IMG/VR virus record: IMGVR_UViG_3300028558_000024
Coordinates: 13,098-77,097 of that record
Reading direction: 5' to 3' (one strand)
Source of the DNA: a virus
DNA: 64,000 nucleotides
This document shows positions 41,147 to 51,759 of the stretch, in pieces. How positions within the stretch are numbered: the stretch's first letter is position 1; each line of letters starts with the position of its first letter. Both the position numbers and the translations under genes were made by a program. Below the pieces are notes generated by a model, which was given only the letters and a program-made list of their open reading frames with translations, was not told the origin of the DNA and made no database searches.

Positions 41147-42403
41147 GTGGACCGGCCAAAAATCTATTCGCAGGCTAATATCCGAATCTTCGATCATGCC
41201 AAAGGTTGGCAAGACATGCTCAAAGGCTTCGGTGGACTTGCAGAAGATCTTTTTGGCGGCACCGTCACGATCATTACAAAGTTTGTTGCGACCCAACAGA
41301 GTCCGGCTTCGCTAATCATCAATCTCACCGAAGGCAGGACTTACCAGCTTTCTGCAATAGATGGAACGGCTTACTCTTCACTGCCCGCCAATTCGGAAAT
41401 CATATATCAACAAGGTTATGCACCGGCTCAAACGCTCACCTTTAACACCTCTGGATTGACTTCCGGGCAATCAAAATATGCCCTTGTCGTTTGCAGATTT
41501 ACTCAACCCGACGAAATAAGGCCCGACGATCCTACAGACGGTGTCTTGGCTTTCTTTAACGCAGCAAATCCGGCCCAACCTCTTCAAGGCCCTGGAAATT
41601 CTGGCGCAGCGTTAACAACTGTCCGCAAAGGATTGGCAGAAGTTTCTATCGTTTATGGAACGGCGGCCACAACGGGAACTCAAACACCACCGCCAGTACC
41701 GGCCGGCTACGTACCAATGTATTTGGTTTCTATAGCCTTTGGACAAACCGCAATCACAACAGGACAGATTGAAGTTTCCGGTCCCGACGCTCACCCCAGC
41801 GCCGAAGTAGCACCGTTTGCCGGTGGACTTTATAGCCACCGGCATACAGGTGTTGTCGGGCAAGCCCATCAAATCGATCTCGAGTCAGAGGTGACAGGCG
41901 TTTTGCCTTTTGATAATTTGCTGATGACTTCAAATGCCTCGGCCGGAAAGATTCCAAACTTAAGACTTGGAACTGGCGATCCAAATGGCACTTTGGCAGG
42001 CGGAGTTGGTGACGAGTACTTCCAAACTTCAACAAACGTTCTTTGGTTTTGCGTAACAGCCGGCAGCTCATCGACTGCTGTTTGGTCGCCGTCCGGTCCT
42101 GTCGCTCCGCAGATTTACAGCTCTTTCCCTCTGGTTTTAACGCAAACGAGCGGAACGTCCGGGCTGAACATGTCGGCTGATGGAAATATCACTCTGCCTG
42201 ATACGGCCTTGGCATGGGAACTCAAAATCGCCCGCACCGATTCAAACACTGGAGTCATTGGCACGCTGATTCCTCATGCTGGCGATAGTTTCCTGAGTGG
42301 CGCCTCTTCTCTGACGATAGATTCCGGCGATGTTTGGCATCTTCAATCGATTGTCGGCGCGAACAAAATCTTAGTTTTGAGTCAATTCAAAGGTGGAGTG
42401 TAA
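41147..42403 (+). CDS. tail fibre (proximal) protein
   Basis: follows baseplate genes; G.GDPNG..AG..GD.Y module. Confidence 0.65.
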   Translation: MDRPKIYSQANIRIFDHAKGWQDMLKGFGGLAEDLFGGTVTIITKFVATQQSPASLIINLTEGRTYQLSAIDGTAYSSLPANSEIIYQQGYAPAQTLTFNTSGLTSGQSKYALVVCRFTQPDEIRPDDPTDGVLAFFNAANPAQPLQGPGNSGAALTTVRKGLAEVSIVYGTAATTGTQTPPPVPAGYVPMYLVSIAFGQTAITTGQIEVSGPDAHPSAEVAPFAGGLYSHRHTGVVGQAHQIDLESEVTGVLPFDNLLMTSNASAGKIPNLRLGTGDPNGTLAGGVGDEYFQTSTNVLWFCVTAGSSSTAVWSPSGPVAPQIYSSFPLVLTQTSGTSGLNMSADGNITLPDTALAWELKIARTDSNTGVIGTLIPHAGDSFLSGASSLTIDSGDVWHLQSIVGANKILVLSQFKGGV

Positions 42404-43527
42404 TGTTTAGGAAATTTCTTGCGCCCTTGATGGTCGCGCTTATTTTGTCGTCAACACTTTCGGCCTCCGCCGAATACCGATCAAGGTCTGTCGATTTTGG
42501 CGGTGACGGAAGATTGGGCAATGTGGCCATTTCTTCGAACACTTCCGAAACTTCGACGGTGCAAAAGAATTATGCCGGTCTGACGGTAAACAATTCGATT
42601 ACTTATAGCCTCAAACATGGCTCGGTAATTAATTGCGTTAATACGCTGACGGTTAATGGAACCCTTCTTGTTCTGGCTGGATTCCCTGGCGGAGCAGCCA
42701 GCACTGGACGTCTTGCAACGTCTGGAGCTGGCGCTGGCGGCGGTCAGGCTCCGGCTGTTTCTAACAAAAATAATTCCGGTTCAGGCGGCGGCGGCAATGG
42801 TGGCAATGGTGGAAACGGAGGCAACAATACCTCTGGCACTTCTCCCAGCAATGGCGGCCGCGCAATTGGCGGTCCTGACTGGACGTATGGCGGCGGCGGT
42901 GGCGCCGGACAGGCTGATTCATCATCCGATCTTGGAACTGTTGGCGGGGACGGTGCCGGATCTCTCCGGGTACTTGCAGTTAGATCTATTTCAATTCCTT
43001 CCGGTGGTCTAATTAAGGCCAATGGCGGAAATGGAACTTCCGGCTCTTTAAATACGACCGGATCAGGCGGTGGCGCAGGTGGACAAATTCTTCTCTATTC
43101 GCTCACTTCCATTGTCAACAATGGTGGCATCGAGGCGAAAGGCGGCAACGGTGGAAACGGCGTCGGCTCTGGTAACGCAGGCGGAGGTGGTGGCGGAGGC
43201 GGCGTGGTCCTTCAATTTGCTCCCGTGACGAGCGGCAGCGGCACGATTACGCTGACCGGTGGAGCGCCGGGGACTGGTCAAACGCAAATGACCTCGGGCG
43301 GAACTGGCGTCTCAATCACTATCAATGATTATCCGAATTTGCCTTTGATCGGCGAAGTTGATTTCCGTATGGGCGAGATCTGCAAAATGGCTCGCAAAAA
43401 TGGTGGCAGCATTGTCATAAATGATATCGAGCCCTTCCTGGCTGCATTGCCTCAGCCTGATACTTTCCACGGCTCACGCGATTTGATGCCTTTGGCTATT
43501 TTGAATCGGAGAAAATATGCTGCGTAA
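42403..43527 (+). CDS. glycine-rich adhesin/tail-tip-like protein with Sec-type signal peptide
   Basis: MFRKFLAPLMVALILSSTLSASA; GGxGG polyglycine blocks. Confidence 0.6.
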   Translation: MFRKFLAPLMVALILSSTLSASAEYRSRSVDFGGDGRLGNVAISSNTSETSTVQKNYAGLTVNNSITYSLKHGSVINCVNTLTVNGTLLVLAGFPGGAASTGRLATSGAGAGGGQAPAVSNKNNSGSGGGGNGGNGGNGGNNTSGTSPSNGGRAIGGPDWTYGGGGGAGQADSSSDLGTVGGDGAGSLRVLAVRSISIPSGGLIKANGGNGTSGSLNTTGSGGGAGGQILLYSLTSIVNNGGIEAKGGNGGNGVGSGNAGGGGGGGGVVLQFAPVTSGSGTITLTGGAPGTGQTQMTSGGTGVSITINDYPNLPLIGEVDFRMGEICKMARKNGGSIVINDIEPFLAALPQPDTFHGSRDLMPLAILNRRKYAA

Positions 43528-45646
43528 AAGCCTTTTACTGGCTGCAATTCTTTCATTTTTGACTGCACCTCAAGCGGCCAAGGCGGATGATGTCGGCTTG
43601 TTTTTCCGCAAGCCTGCCGATGTTGGTGCGCCCGTTGTAAATAAAACAATGGTCGTTGATCCGACTGACGGAGCGCTCAAAGTTTATGGCTCGCTTGGAT
43701 GGGCAAATAAGACTTTGCCTCAAGCCGCCCTCGACGCTTCGACAGCTCCGACAATCAATGACGATTCAGGCGATGGATACTCAATTGGTTCTTTCTGGTT
43801 TGATTCAGTTTCCGGTCAATTCTATGTCTGCACGGATGCAACTCTTGGAGCCGCTTCCTGGGCGCTCATTACGTCGGGAACCGTTTCGCCGACTGATTTA
43901 ACTAATGCGACAAAAACGAAGCTTACAACCGCCGACATCTTCTCCGATTTCAAAGTTTCCGGATTTGGTTCCACAGATCCTGGCGCAGTTTTAGCAATGA
44001 CAACTCCTTCCGGCGTTGCCTATGCTGGCGGAGTGCGTGTTTCGTATGGCTCAAATGCTCACACTTACACCGCTTCAAAAGATACCTATGACTATCTGCA
44101 AAGCGACGGAACGACCAATCATATTGCCGTAAACAATGGCGCATCAGCTCCAACCGGTCAGCCCGGATTGTTGCTTCAAAAGGTTGTCACGAATGGGACC
44201 GAAATAACTGCAGTCACAACGCTTGCACCGGCAACTCCAACTTTCAGCGTCGGCACGGCCACTTTAAGCACCGACGCTCTTGGTCTTGGACAAGCAAATA
44301 CGCTTTATGCGCCGATTTCTTTTACGACTTCAAAAACTCAGGCTTATGTTTATTGCGTCCAGGACAGCGCCGACGGCGTTCCAAACTTCCGTCTTTTGAC
44401 CAATGGTCATTTGCCTGTCGTTAACGTCGCTCATGGTGGCATGGGAACTGCTGTAACGCCAAATGCGCTCGGTCTTTATTATTCCAATGGAACAACTGGC
44501 GCTCTTGTTTCTGCGCCGGCAGCTGCTTTCTCTATTCCAATCACAAACTCAGGAAATACGGGCTGGGAATATATCACCAAAGACGATCTAGCCACTTACA
44601 TTGGCGGTGGTGGAGGAGGCGGCGGTTCAGATGAATCTTTCTTCGGCGGCGGAGGTACTGAGACTGGCTTGACCCAGGGCACAGGCACATTTATACATCC
44701 ATTCACTACCGACAACACTACATTTTTGATCGATACGGGAAATACCGTCGACTATGCAAGTGGCACTGTTATTAATGCCAATTCGACAATAACCGTTACC
44801 GGAACCCTGAATGTAACTGCCTCAGCTGCGGGCGGCGTTGGAACTTCAGACAAATCCTCAATGGAGCCAGGCGGCGGAGTTAACGGTGGACACGTTGGCC
44901 GAGTTGTTGATGTTGCAGCTGGCGGCGGCGGCGGTGGCTGTGGTGGTCACGGTGGGAACGGTGGATCGGTAACGTCGGGCACGATTGGTGGACTTGGAGG
45001 GCAGGCATTTGCTGAAGGCGATGCTTATTTGCTCCGTGGTCTAACCGGCTCTGGTGGCGCGGCTGGTGAAGCCGGTACAGGCGCTGGAGGTGACGGCGGA
45101 AAAGGCGGCGGCTTCCTTGCTCTTAATGCCGTAGGTTCAATCCTTGTCGACGGCGTCATAAATGCAAAAGGCGCCAATGGCTCGGCTGGAACTACCCAAG
45201 CAGGCGGCGGCGGAGCTGGATCGGGTGGAGTGGTTGAAATTGCAAGCCAAGCGTCAATTACAATTACCGGAACCGTCAATGTATCGGGCGGCAATGGCGG
45301 TGCTGGTGCCGGTTCAACCGACGGCGGCGGCGGAGCTGGCGGTGGCGGAATAGTGATTTTGATTGCTCCTTCTGTCGATTTTTCAGGCGGCACAATTACT
45401 TTGTCACACGGAACAGCCGGAACTCACGGCACTCAAACGGCCAGCGCCGGAACCGACGGCTTCATTCTAGAGATTGATGTGACTCCAAACGAGCCGATCA
45501 ATTTGATTCATGGTTCTGGCGGGGCTTTCTTGCTTGATGAGGCTCGCAAAGAGCGACTTGCGACAGGTGCAAAAATCATTCGCTGGGACGCGGCCAAATA
45601 TCACGCCTTAATGAAGAAAGCTTTGACGATGCGTTCGGCTGGCTAG
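43517..45646 (+). CDS. glycine-rich fibre/adhesin-like protein with Sec-type signal peptide
   Basis: MLRKSLLLAAILSFLTAPQAAKA; APT..DD...GY..GS.W fibre module; Gly-rich C-terminus paralogous to upstream gene. Confidence 0.6.
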   Translation: MLRKSLLLAAILSFLTAPQAAKADDVGLFFRKPADVGAPVVNKTMVVDPTDGALKVYGSLGWANKTLPQAALDASTAPTINDDSGDGYSIGSFWFDSVSGQFYVCTDATLGAASWALITSGTVSPTDLTNATKTKLTTADIFSDFKVSGFGSTDPGAVLAMTTPSGVAYAGGVRVSYGSNAHTYTASKDTYDYLQSDGTTNHIAVNNGASAPTGQPGLLLQKVVTNGTEITAVTTLAPATPTFSVGTATLSTDALGLGQANTLYAPISFTTSKTQAYVYCVQDSADGVPNFRLLTNGHLPVVNVAHGGMGTAVTPNALGLYYSNGTTGALVSAPAAAFSIPITNSGNTGWEYITKDDLATYIGGGGGGGGSDESFFGGGGTETGLTQGTGTFIHPFTTDNTTFLIDTGNTVDYASGTVINANSTITVTGTLNVTASAAGGVGTSDKSSMEPGGGVNGGHVGRVVDVAAGGGGGGCGGHGGNGGSVTSGTIGGLGGQAFAEGDAYLLRGLTGSGGAAGEAGTGAGGDGGKGGGFLALNAVGSILVDGVINAKGANGSAGTTQAGGGGAGSGGVVEIASQASITITGTVNVSGGNGGAGAGSTDGGGGAGGGGIVILIAPSVDFSGGTITLSHGTAGTHGTQTASAGTDGFILEIDVTPNEPINLIHGSGGAFLLDEARKERLATGAKIIRWDAAKYHALMKKALTMRSAG

Positions 45647-45701
45647 ATAGTAGATCTATCAAACCCCTCTATCGTCGAAACCCAAATTTTTCGGAGTTAT
45701 C

Positions 45702-46034
45702 ATGTCCTTCCCATTCCAAAATCTTTTCACTGAAAAAGCTTCAGCCGCACTTGTCGGCGCCGTTACCGATGCCGCTAAAGGCATTGACGAAAACCATGAT
45801 GGTATTCCAGACATCGAGCAAGGTCAAACCGCGTTTGGGAAAATCGTCGGCGGAGCCACCAAGGCAATCAATGCATCCGGCTTTCTGGCATTCATTGCCG
45901 TTATTGCCGATGCAGCTTCAAAGCTCGATGTGCCGGCAGCCAAAGAAGGCTTTGAGCAGGCAATTGAAGGCGCACACGAAGTTTATGCAATCGTGACAGG
46001 CGTTATCGCGAAGTTTAACCCGCCGAAAGTATAA
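45702..46034 (+). CDS. hypothetical protein (lysis region?) with DxNxDGxPD motif
   Basis: GGAG RBS; DENHDGIPD. Confidence 0.5.
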   Translation: MSFPFQNLFTEKASAALVGAVTDAAKGIDENHDGIPDIEQGQTAFGKIVGGATKAINASGFLAFIAVIADAASKLDVPAAKEGFEQAIEGAHEVYAIVTGVIAKFNPPKV

Positions 46035-46067
46035 AAGGAATCAAGGGGCCAACTGGAGACATGGGGA

Positions 46068-46442
46068 TTGAAAGACAATGACGTTAACAATGATCCTTTG
46101 CGGAATCGTGTTATTTCTGATGCGTCCGGTCCTCACGTTATTGGACACCAGCCAAGCGCGTCATCACACGAATCCCTCGCCCGCTTTGAGGCCATTCACG
46201 AAGAAGTCCAAAGTGTCAAAGACAGCGTAAAAAGCGACAATTTGATTGTTTGGACAAAGCAATTCTGCACAATTCTGGGCGGAATCAGCTTTCTTTACCT
46301 CATAACGATTGATGCGCTATTCCAATGGAACAAAACGCCCTACAACACCCCTGAAATGGCTTGGGTGATTACGGTCGCCCTAGTGAGCGGAAATGTATTC
46401 GATCTTTTGGCGCAGTATATACAAAGACTCCGCGGTAAATGA
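46068..46442 (+). CDS. putative holin (2 TM segments)
   Basis: two hydrophobic segments, basic C-terminus, end of tail module. Confidence 0.5.
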   Translation: MKDNDVNNDPLRNRVISDASGPHVIGHQPSASSHESLARFEAIHEEVQSVKDSVKSDNLIVWTKQFCTILGGISFLYLITIDALFQWNKTPYNTPEMAWVITVALVSGNVFDLLAQYIQRLRGK

Positions 46443-46561
46443 GAGTCTATTCACCGATTGCCTTGGGCACTTCTGACGCATAATGAATGCATTCGAACGC
46501 AACTGAATGCGTCTGTATGGAAATGAATAGGAGCGGCACCCCTTGCGGGCGCTGATTTTTT

Positions 46562-46849
46562 GTGCCTAGAAAAGCATTAGACCCTGGAGACAAATTTCTT
46601 GATGCCGTGCAAGCGGCCGAGTTGATTGGCTTTAGCCGAAATACTTTTATAAAGATGGTCATGGAAGGAGAATTTCCCGTTCCTTATATGAAGATCGGGA
46701 ACAAATACCGCTTCAGAAGAAAGGACATGGAGGCTGTCATCGATACCTTGACTGTAAATGGAAGCTTCGATCCTTCATTGACGATAAAGCCTCCGGTTGT
46801 ATCGGAAGAAGAAGCTGACGAGATTTTGGGCACCGATGAAGACGATTAA
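46562..46849 (+). CDS. excisionase-like HTH DNA-binding protein
   Basis: L...QAAELIGFSRNT...G..P..KIG..YRF. Confidence 0.8.
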   Translation: MPRKALDPGDKFLDAVQAAELIGFSRNTFIKMVMEGEFPVPYMKIGNKYRFRRKDMEAVIDTLTVNGSFDPSLTIKPPVVSEEEADEILGTDEDD

Positions 46850-47073
46850 TTGGGCGTGGACGCGGAGAGAAGAACCCGAACTCATTCGCGATACTTATCC
46901 TCTCGTTATAGCGCAGTGTGTTTTTTTGCTTCCCGGCGAATTGTTTCTCTTTCGAAACACCGCAGAAGAAGCTGACTGGACAAGACGATATCCAGACCCG
47001 AAGAAAAGAAAAGTAGCCAGATTGGCCGAACGTTTTAGATCAGCAGGAATGAAAGTCGAGGACAGCACAGAAA

Positions 47074-47337
47074 ATGCCCAATGAATCACCGATGCTCTCA
47101 GACGCCATAACAAATGCGACCGTTACTTTGACCGAGCGGCAATGGTCGACGGTTGTATCGGCTCTTCGTTTTTACACAGGGCTGCTGGTGAATCCTGAGA
47201 ACAAAAGCGACTTCGCTGCGGTTGCCGACATTGATCCATCTTCGCTTTATCGATCGCTTTGCATTCAACTTGGATTGGTCAACGAAGACAGCAATATCAA
47301 ATTGAAAGACCCATACACCGGAGATGTTATCGAATGA
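47074..47337 (+). CDS. hypothetical protein
   Basis: operon packing. Confidence 0.5.
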   Translation: MPNESPMLSDAITNATVTLTERQWSTVVSALRFYTGLLVNPENKSDFAAVADIDPSSLYRSLCIQLGLVNEDSNIKLKDPYTGDVIE

Positions 47338-47425
47338 TCGAAGCAGCTTTGATGGTACTTGCGGCGTTTGCAATCTCAGCAATATCGCAGTGGTTTTACG
47401 AGAATTTTGAAGAGGGACAAGACTG

Positions 47426-47758
47426 ATGGGAGTAGCTAGAGAATACGAAGTACGGCGACTCGTTCAAGACGAATGCGCCAAATACATAAACGGCGACAAG
47501 CACCATAAGATCGTCACGCCTGGTCAAAAATTGATTGCACTCGGAGCGACGATAAACAAACTCGGCACAATTATTAGTCATCAAAGAAGAACCATTCGAG
47601 CACAAAGAGAAACGATCAGAGGGCTTGAATTGGCTATATCAAAAGACCCTGATTATCTCCGCATTTTTGAGCAGAATCGTGGGCAAATGGCTGAATTCAT
47701 AAAAGCTTTTGTCGAGTGCAAAATACCAGAGCCGCCGGAACCCAAAGAAACAACATGA
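47426..47758 (+). CDS. hypothetical coiled-coil protein
   Basis: GAGGG RBS; operon packing. Confidence 0.5.
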   Translation: MGVAREYEVRRLVQDECAKYINGDKHHKIVTPGQKLIALGATINKLGTIISHQRRTIRAQRETIRGLELAISKDPDYLRIFEQNRGQMAEFIKAFVECKIPEPPEPKETT

Positions 47759-48221
47759 CCTTCAAATTTACGCCGCATACAAATCCGCCGAAGAAAGGCG
47801 ACATTTTTCACATCGTTCAAACCTTCGCCGGCAAAACGACAATTGAACACGCGACTGTCAAAACCGTGCATATGAGCAAATTCCTCTGCATGAGAAGGTT
47901 TGCAGGACGCACCTCGCAAATCGGCTTTTACAAAGATCCGAATGCGGATGGAAGCCACACAATAAGCGGCGGAATCCCTTACGTTTCAAATGCGCGCGCA
48001 TGGCCCGACAGCAAAAAGGAAATGGCATTGGCCGAGTTTTACAGAAGAGGTGGAAAAGACAATGCCTGATTTTGTCGTTTACCGAACCAGAACAATCAAA
48101 GAATGCGCCAATGTAAACGCTTCGGACGAGGATGAGGCCGAAGAGAAAGCTGATGATCTTGGTGATGAAAGCTGGGCAGAGCAAGACGAAGATGTCCGTA
48201 TAGACAGGGTTTTTCTAGCCG

Positions 48222-49466
48222 ATGAACATGAAGCGGAAAGAGATTTTGACTGTGAATGAACTTGAAACAAAACAAACCGAGTTAACCGACGAGCAAAAAG
48301 CCGCAGTCGAGTACATTCGCGCCAATGCATGGAAAGGGCTTGTTGCTTTGGCGGGTCCGGCTGGAAGTGGAAAAACTACGGTCATTAAAAGTCTCGTAGA
48401 TGTGCTTAGGCAGCCGGTCTTGGCGAGTGCCATGACAAATAAGGCCGCTTGCGTTTTAAGAAAAAAGGGTATCGATGCCGTTACTTTCCATCAAGCTTGC
48501 ATGGCGCCAATCTTCAAACCGCCACTCCATGATATTGCGCGTTTTCTCAATGAAGCTGACGAGAAGAAAGTTAAATACCCCGAAGAGTTGAAGGCTGAAT
48601 ATTCAGAAGAGGAATTATTCAAAGCTCTTTTGGCGACTCGCAGAACGGGCATCAACTCTGGAATGCGGGCGCTCGGAATCACGAATATTTTTTCGTATAT
48701 TTCGGGATGGATTGCCGCTGGAAAGAAAGAGGGAACGCTTATTGTCGACGAAGCTTCGATGCTCGGCGACAGAGAGCTAGAGATTGCGCAAGAAGTATTC
48801 GACTGTGTAATCTTGATCGGAGATACGCACCAGCTGCCACCCGTCAAGAGTTCTCCCGTCTTCTGGGAAGTTGAAAATCGTATTGAATTGACAAAGATTC
48901 ACCGCCAGGCCGAAGGTTCGCAGCCTCTTCAGATCGCAACGAAAATCAGAATGGGGCAAATGGTGCCGATGTCGCCACGCAAGAACATTGATTATGAATT
49001 GTGCAAAGCTGGTATGCCGGTAATTTGCTGGAAAAATGTGACGAGAACCAGGCTAACCAACGAGATCCGAAAAGCGCTTGGCTATGAGGGCTTACCGCCA
49101 CAAGAAGGCGAGTATTTGATTTGTCGAAACACGCAGGATAAAGACGCGAAGCTTCGAGGACTTTTCAATAATTCAATTTGGCGAGTCGTAAATTCAATCG
49201 ACTGGGTCTGCACCTTGGAGAGTGATGACGGCGAAATCCTGAACGGTGAGCACGTCTTTGATGAAGACGCTCAAGTCGGAGATGGAGTTCCGTATCGGTT
49301 TGCTTATTGTCTAACAGCTCATTCGAGCCAGGGTTCGGAGTGGGAAAGCATCCAAATTCACGCGCCGGACGCGTCGGCTGTGCTGAATTTCAAGAAAGAC
49401 GAAGGCGCAAAATGGCTTTATACCGCCGTTACACGAGCAAAGGGGGAATTGCGATGGGTAATTTAG
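48222..49466 (+). CDS. SF1B RecD/Dda-like DNA helicase (start probably GTG 48252)
   Basis: GPAGSGKT; IVDEASM; GD.HQLPPV; HRQ; TAHSSQGSE; LYTAVTRA. Confidence 0.92.
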   Translation: MNMKRKEILTVNELETKQTELTDEQKAAVEYIRANAWKGLVALAGPAGSGKTTVIKSLVDVLRQPVLASAMTNKAACVLRKKGIDAVTFHQACMAPIFKPPLHDIARFLNEADEKKVKYPEELKAEYSEEELFKALLATRRTGINSGMRALGITNIFSYISGWIAAGKKEGTLIVDEASMLGDRELEIAQEVFDCVILIGDTHQLPPVKSSPVFWEVENRIELTKIHRQAEGSQPLQIATKIRMGQMVPMSPRKNIDYELCKAGMPVICWKNVTRTRLTNEIRKALGYEGLPPQEGEYLICRNTQDKDAKLRGLFNNSIWRVVNSIDWVCTLESDDGEILNGEHVFDEDAQVGDGVPYRFAYCLTAHSSQGSEWESIQIHAPDASAVLNFKKDEGAKWLYTAVTRAKGELRWVI

Positions 49467-49614
49467 AATCCGAAAATCATCGTTTGACCTGTCTCGTTTG
49501 CATCGAAACCGGAAGCTGCAAAACCCGACGGGAGATTGAGGCGGAAGAGGGAACGCGGTCGGTAGTTGTCGCCTATTGCGGCGATGAGCATCAAATGCAA
49601 GCACTTCGCAAAAT

Positions 49615-49962
49615 TTGGGAGAACGAATAATGTGGGCAGGTCCAGGAATGCCGGGGTGTGAAGGCGTTGAAACTCAAGAACAGAAGCCGCTCTCCTTGCG
49701 ATTGAGAATTGCCGCTCAATATTTTGCCGAATGTTATTTTGGCAAATTATATGATGCGACCACAGAGCATCGCATGAAGACTGAGGCGGCTGTTAAGGTC
49801 TTCGAGAAACTACTTAAAGAGGTCGAAGATATTCAGGAGAAAAACAATCGACGCCTTCAAATGCTGATGCGAATTCGCAATATCGCATATGAAAAGCATC
49901 AGCCGGATCGGTGGGCTATCTATGATGTTCGCGCTGAATTTAGGGGCTCGACTCCGTTATGA
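49615..49962 (+). CDS. hypothetical protein
   Basis: operon packing. Confidence 0.5.
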   Translation: MGERIMWAGPGMPGCEGVETQEQKPLSLRLRIAAQYFAECYFGKLYDATTEHRMKTEAAVKVFEKLLKEVEDIQEKNNRRLQMLMRIRNIAYEKHQPDRWAIYDVRAEFRGSTPL

Positions 49963-50155
49963 AGTGGCTCAAAAAACTCCTTAACGCTGGTTATCGCGTC
50001 GACACCCTCCCAAATCAAAACGGTGATGGGCGGTTTATTGTGAGAGTTTGGCTCTATTTTGGGCCAGATATTATGAATCGGAAAGTCGTTTTCGACGACT
50101 GCGAATGGGATGTTGAATCAATGTATCAAGCGGCTTGTCAGAGGCTGGGGGTTAA

Positions 50156-50962
50156 GTGAAATACAGAAGTTGCATCCGATACCCCGGAGGCAAACAACGG
50201 CACTTAAAATACCTAGTCCCTTTGATGCCCAAAGGAGTCTTTGAGATGCGTGACGTTCTGTGCGGTGGAGCTTCGGTTTCACTAGCAGCGGCAAAAGAAG
50301 GCATCGCCAAACGTTACTGGCTCAACGACCTTTTCTATCCGGTTTTCAATTTCTGGCATATCGTGAGCAGACTCGGGCAAGAGCTTGTGAACGAAGTTTT
50401 CTTCATTCACGAATTGACTGACGAAAAACTGAGGGAAAGAGTCTTAGAAGGCAAAGAAAGACTACTCGCAAACAAGCCATACGACTCACTTCTTATGGCA
50501 ACTGATTTCTTTATCCTCAATCGCTGCAGCTTTTCAGGTTCAACTCTTTGCGGCGGATTGAAAGGAAAGATTCGCGAACGTTTCAACCTAAGCAACATCA
50601 CCCGAATTCTCGATTGCTATGTCGTTATGAAGGATTTCGGATTCACGGGCGTCGACTTTTCAACAGTTATTCAAAAGGGTGGCACGGAATCTTTCCTGTT
50701 TTGCGATCCGCCATATATCTCCGCTTCCAAGCTTTACGGCAATGGTGGTGATCTACACGACGACTTCGATCACCTTAAACTAGCGGAGTTGCTTCACGAA
50801 ACCGATCACAAATTCATGTTGACCTATGACGATCATTATCTGATTCGGCGCTGGTATGGCGGATTCAACATCCGCGAACTTGGCGTCACAAACTCAATGG
50901 ACAACTGCGGAAAGAGCGGGAAGCCGAAGAGAGTAAAGGAATTGGTAATTACGAATTACTGA
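50156..50962 (+). CDS. D12-class N6-adenine DNA methyltransferase
   Basis: RYPGGK; D..CGGASV; ND; NR.SFSG; DPPY; E..ITNY. Confidence 0.92.
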   Translation: MKYRSCIRYPGGKQRHLKYLVPLMPKGVFEMRDVLCGGASVSLAAAKEGIAKRYWLNDLFYPVFNFWHIVSRLGQELVNEVFFIHELTDEKLRERVLEGKERLLANKPYDSLLMATDFFILNRCSFSGSTLCGGLKGKIRERFNLSNITRILDCYVVMKDFGFTGVDFSTVIQKGGTESFLFCDPPYISASKLYGNGGDLHDDFDHLKLAELLHETDHKFMLTYDDHYLIRRWYGGFNIRELGVTNSMDNCGKSGKPKRVKELVITNY

Positions 50963-51007
50963 TGGAACGAACGATTGTTAGAAACCCAAACTGAAGGAAA
51001 AACTAAA

Positions 51008-51757
51008 ATGTCAATAAAACAACTAAACCAATTGATCGCTCTGGAAAAAGGCGTAAAGCAACGGACATACAAAGAGATTGACGCAGCATATGACTTGCTG
51101 CGAAAACCGGAAGTACTCAATGGATTTGCAAAGGAATACCAGCCGCTTGAGGAAAACGGACAAAGCTTGCCGTCCGAATCGAAGAAAGTTCAGATAACGT
51201 CCGGTGAACTCTTTGAAATTATCAAAGATCAGATGATCGAATACCTCAATATTGAAACCAGCAAGGATTTTACGAATGCTTCTGCAACCGGTGACATCAT
51301 CGCCAATGGTGTCGAGATCCAAAAGGGCGTTCCGGTTACAACATTGCTGGCATTGGAGAAACAACTTCTTGATCTGAGAACCAGTATTGAAAAAGCTGTA
51401 ACGCTTGATCCTTCGCAAGACTGGAAGTTCGACAAAGCTACTGGCTGCCAACGAACAGAACCGGTAAGAAAAGCTCGCACCAACAAGGTTCCAAAGGTAA
51501 TTACGTTGGCACCCGCTACAGACAAGCACCCCGCCCAAACACAGCTCCTTCAAGAAGATGTGATCGCAGGCTATTGGGTGCAAACGGAAATTTCTGGAGC
51601 ACTTGAAGCACCGACAAAACGCAACTACATTGAAAGAGTGAATGATCTTCTTGATGCAGTGAAAGCCGCACGGGAACAAGCAAACAGCACGGAAATTAAA
51701 AGGTTCGAATTCGCTGAGAAGATGTTGAATTACGTCTTCGCTGGTGATAAAGTCTAA
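51008..51757 (+). CDS. uncharacterised helical protein (LNQLIALEKGVK type) directly upstream of a tRNA-mimic RNA
   Basis: GAAGGA RBS; motifs Y.P..E.G..LP.E.K.VQ, VP...LL.LEKQL, A.ATDKHPAQ, SGA, AVK.ARE.AN. Confidence 0.8.
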   Translation: MSIKQLNQLIALEKGVKQRTYKEIDAAYDLLRKPEVLNGFAKEYQPLEENGQSLPSESKKVQITSGELFEIIKDQMIEYLNIETSKDFTNASATGDIIANGVEIQKGVPVTTLLALEKQLLDLRTSIEKAVTLDPSQDWKFDKATGCQRTEPVRKARTNKVPKVITLAPATDKHPAQTQLLQEDVIAGYWVQTEISGALEAPTKRNYIERVNDLLDAVKAAREQANSTEIKRFEFAEKMLNYVFAGDKV

Positions 51758-51759
51758 GT

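Noticed and set aside
51023-51679. Long antisense ORFs, here and opposite the primase, terL, capsid and tape measure genes
   Set aside because: No recognisable motifs; consistent with codon-bias shadows of the + strand genes.
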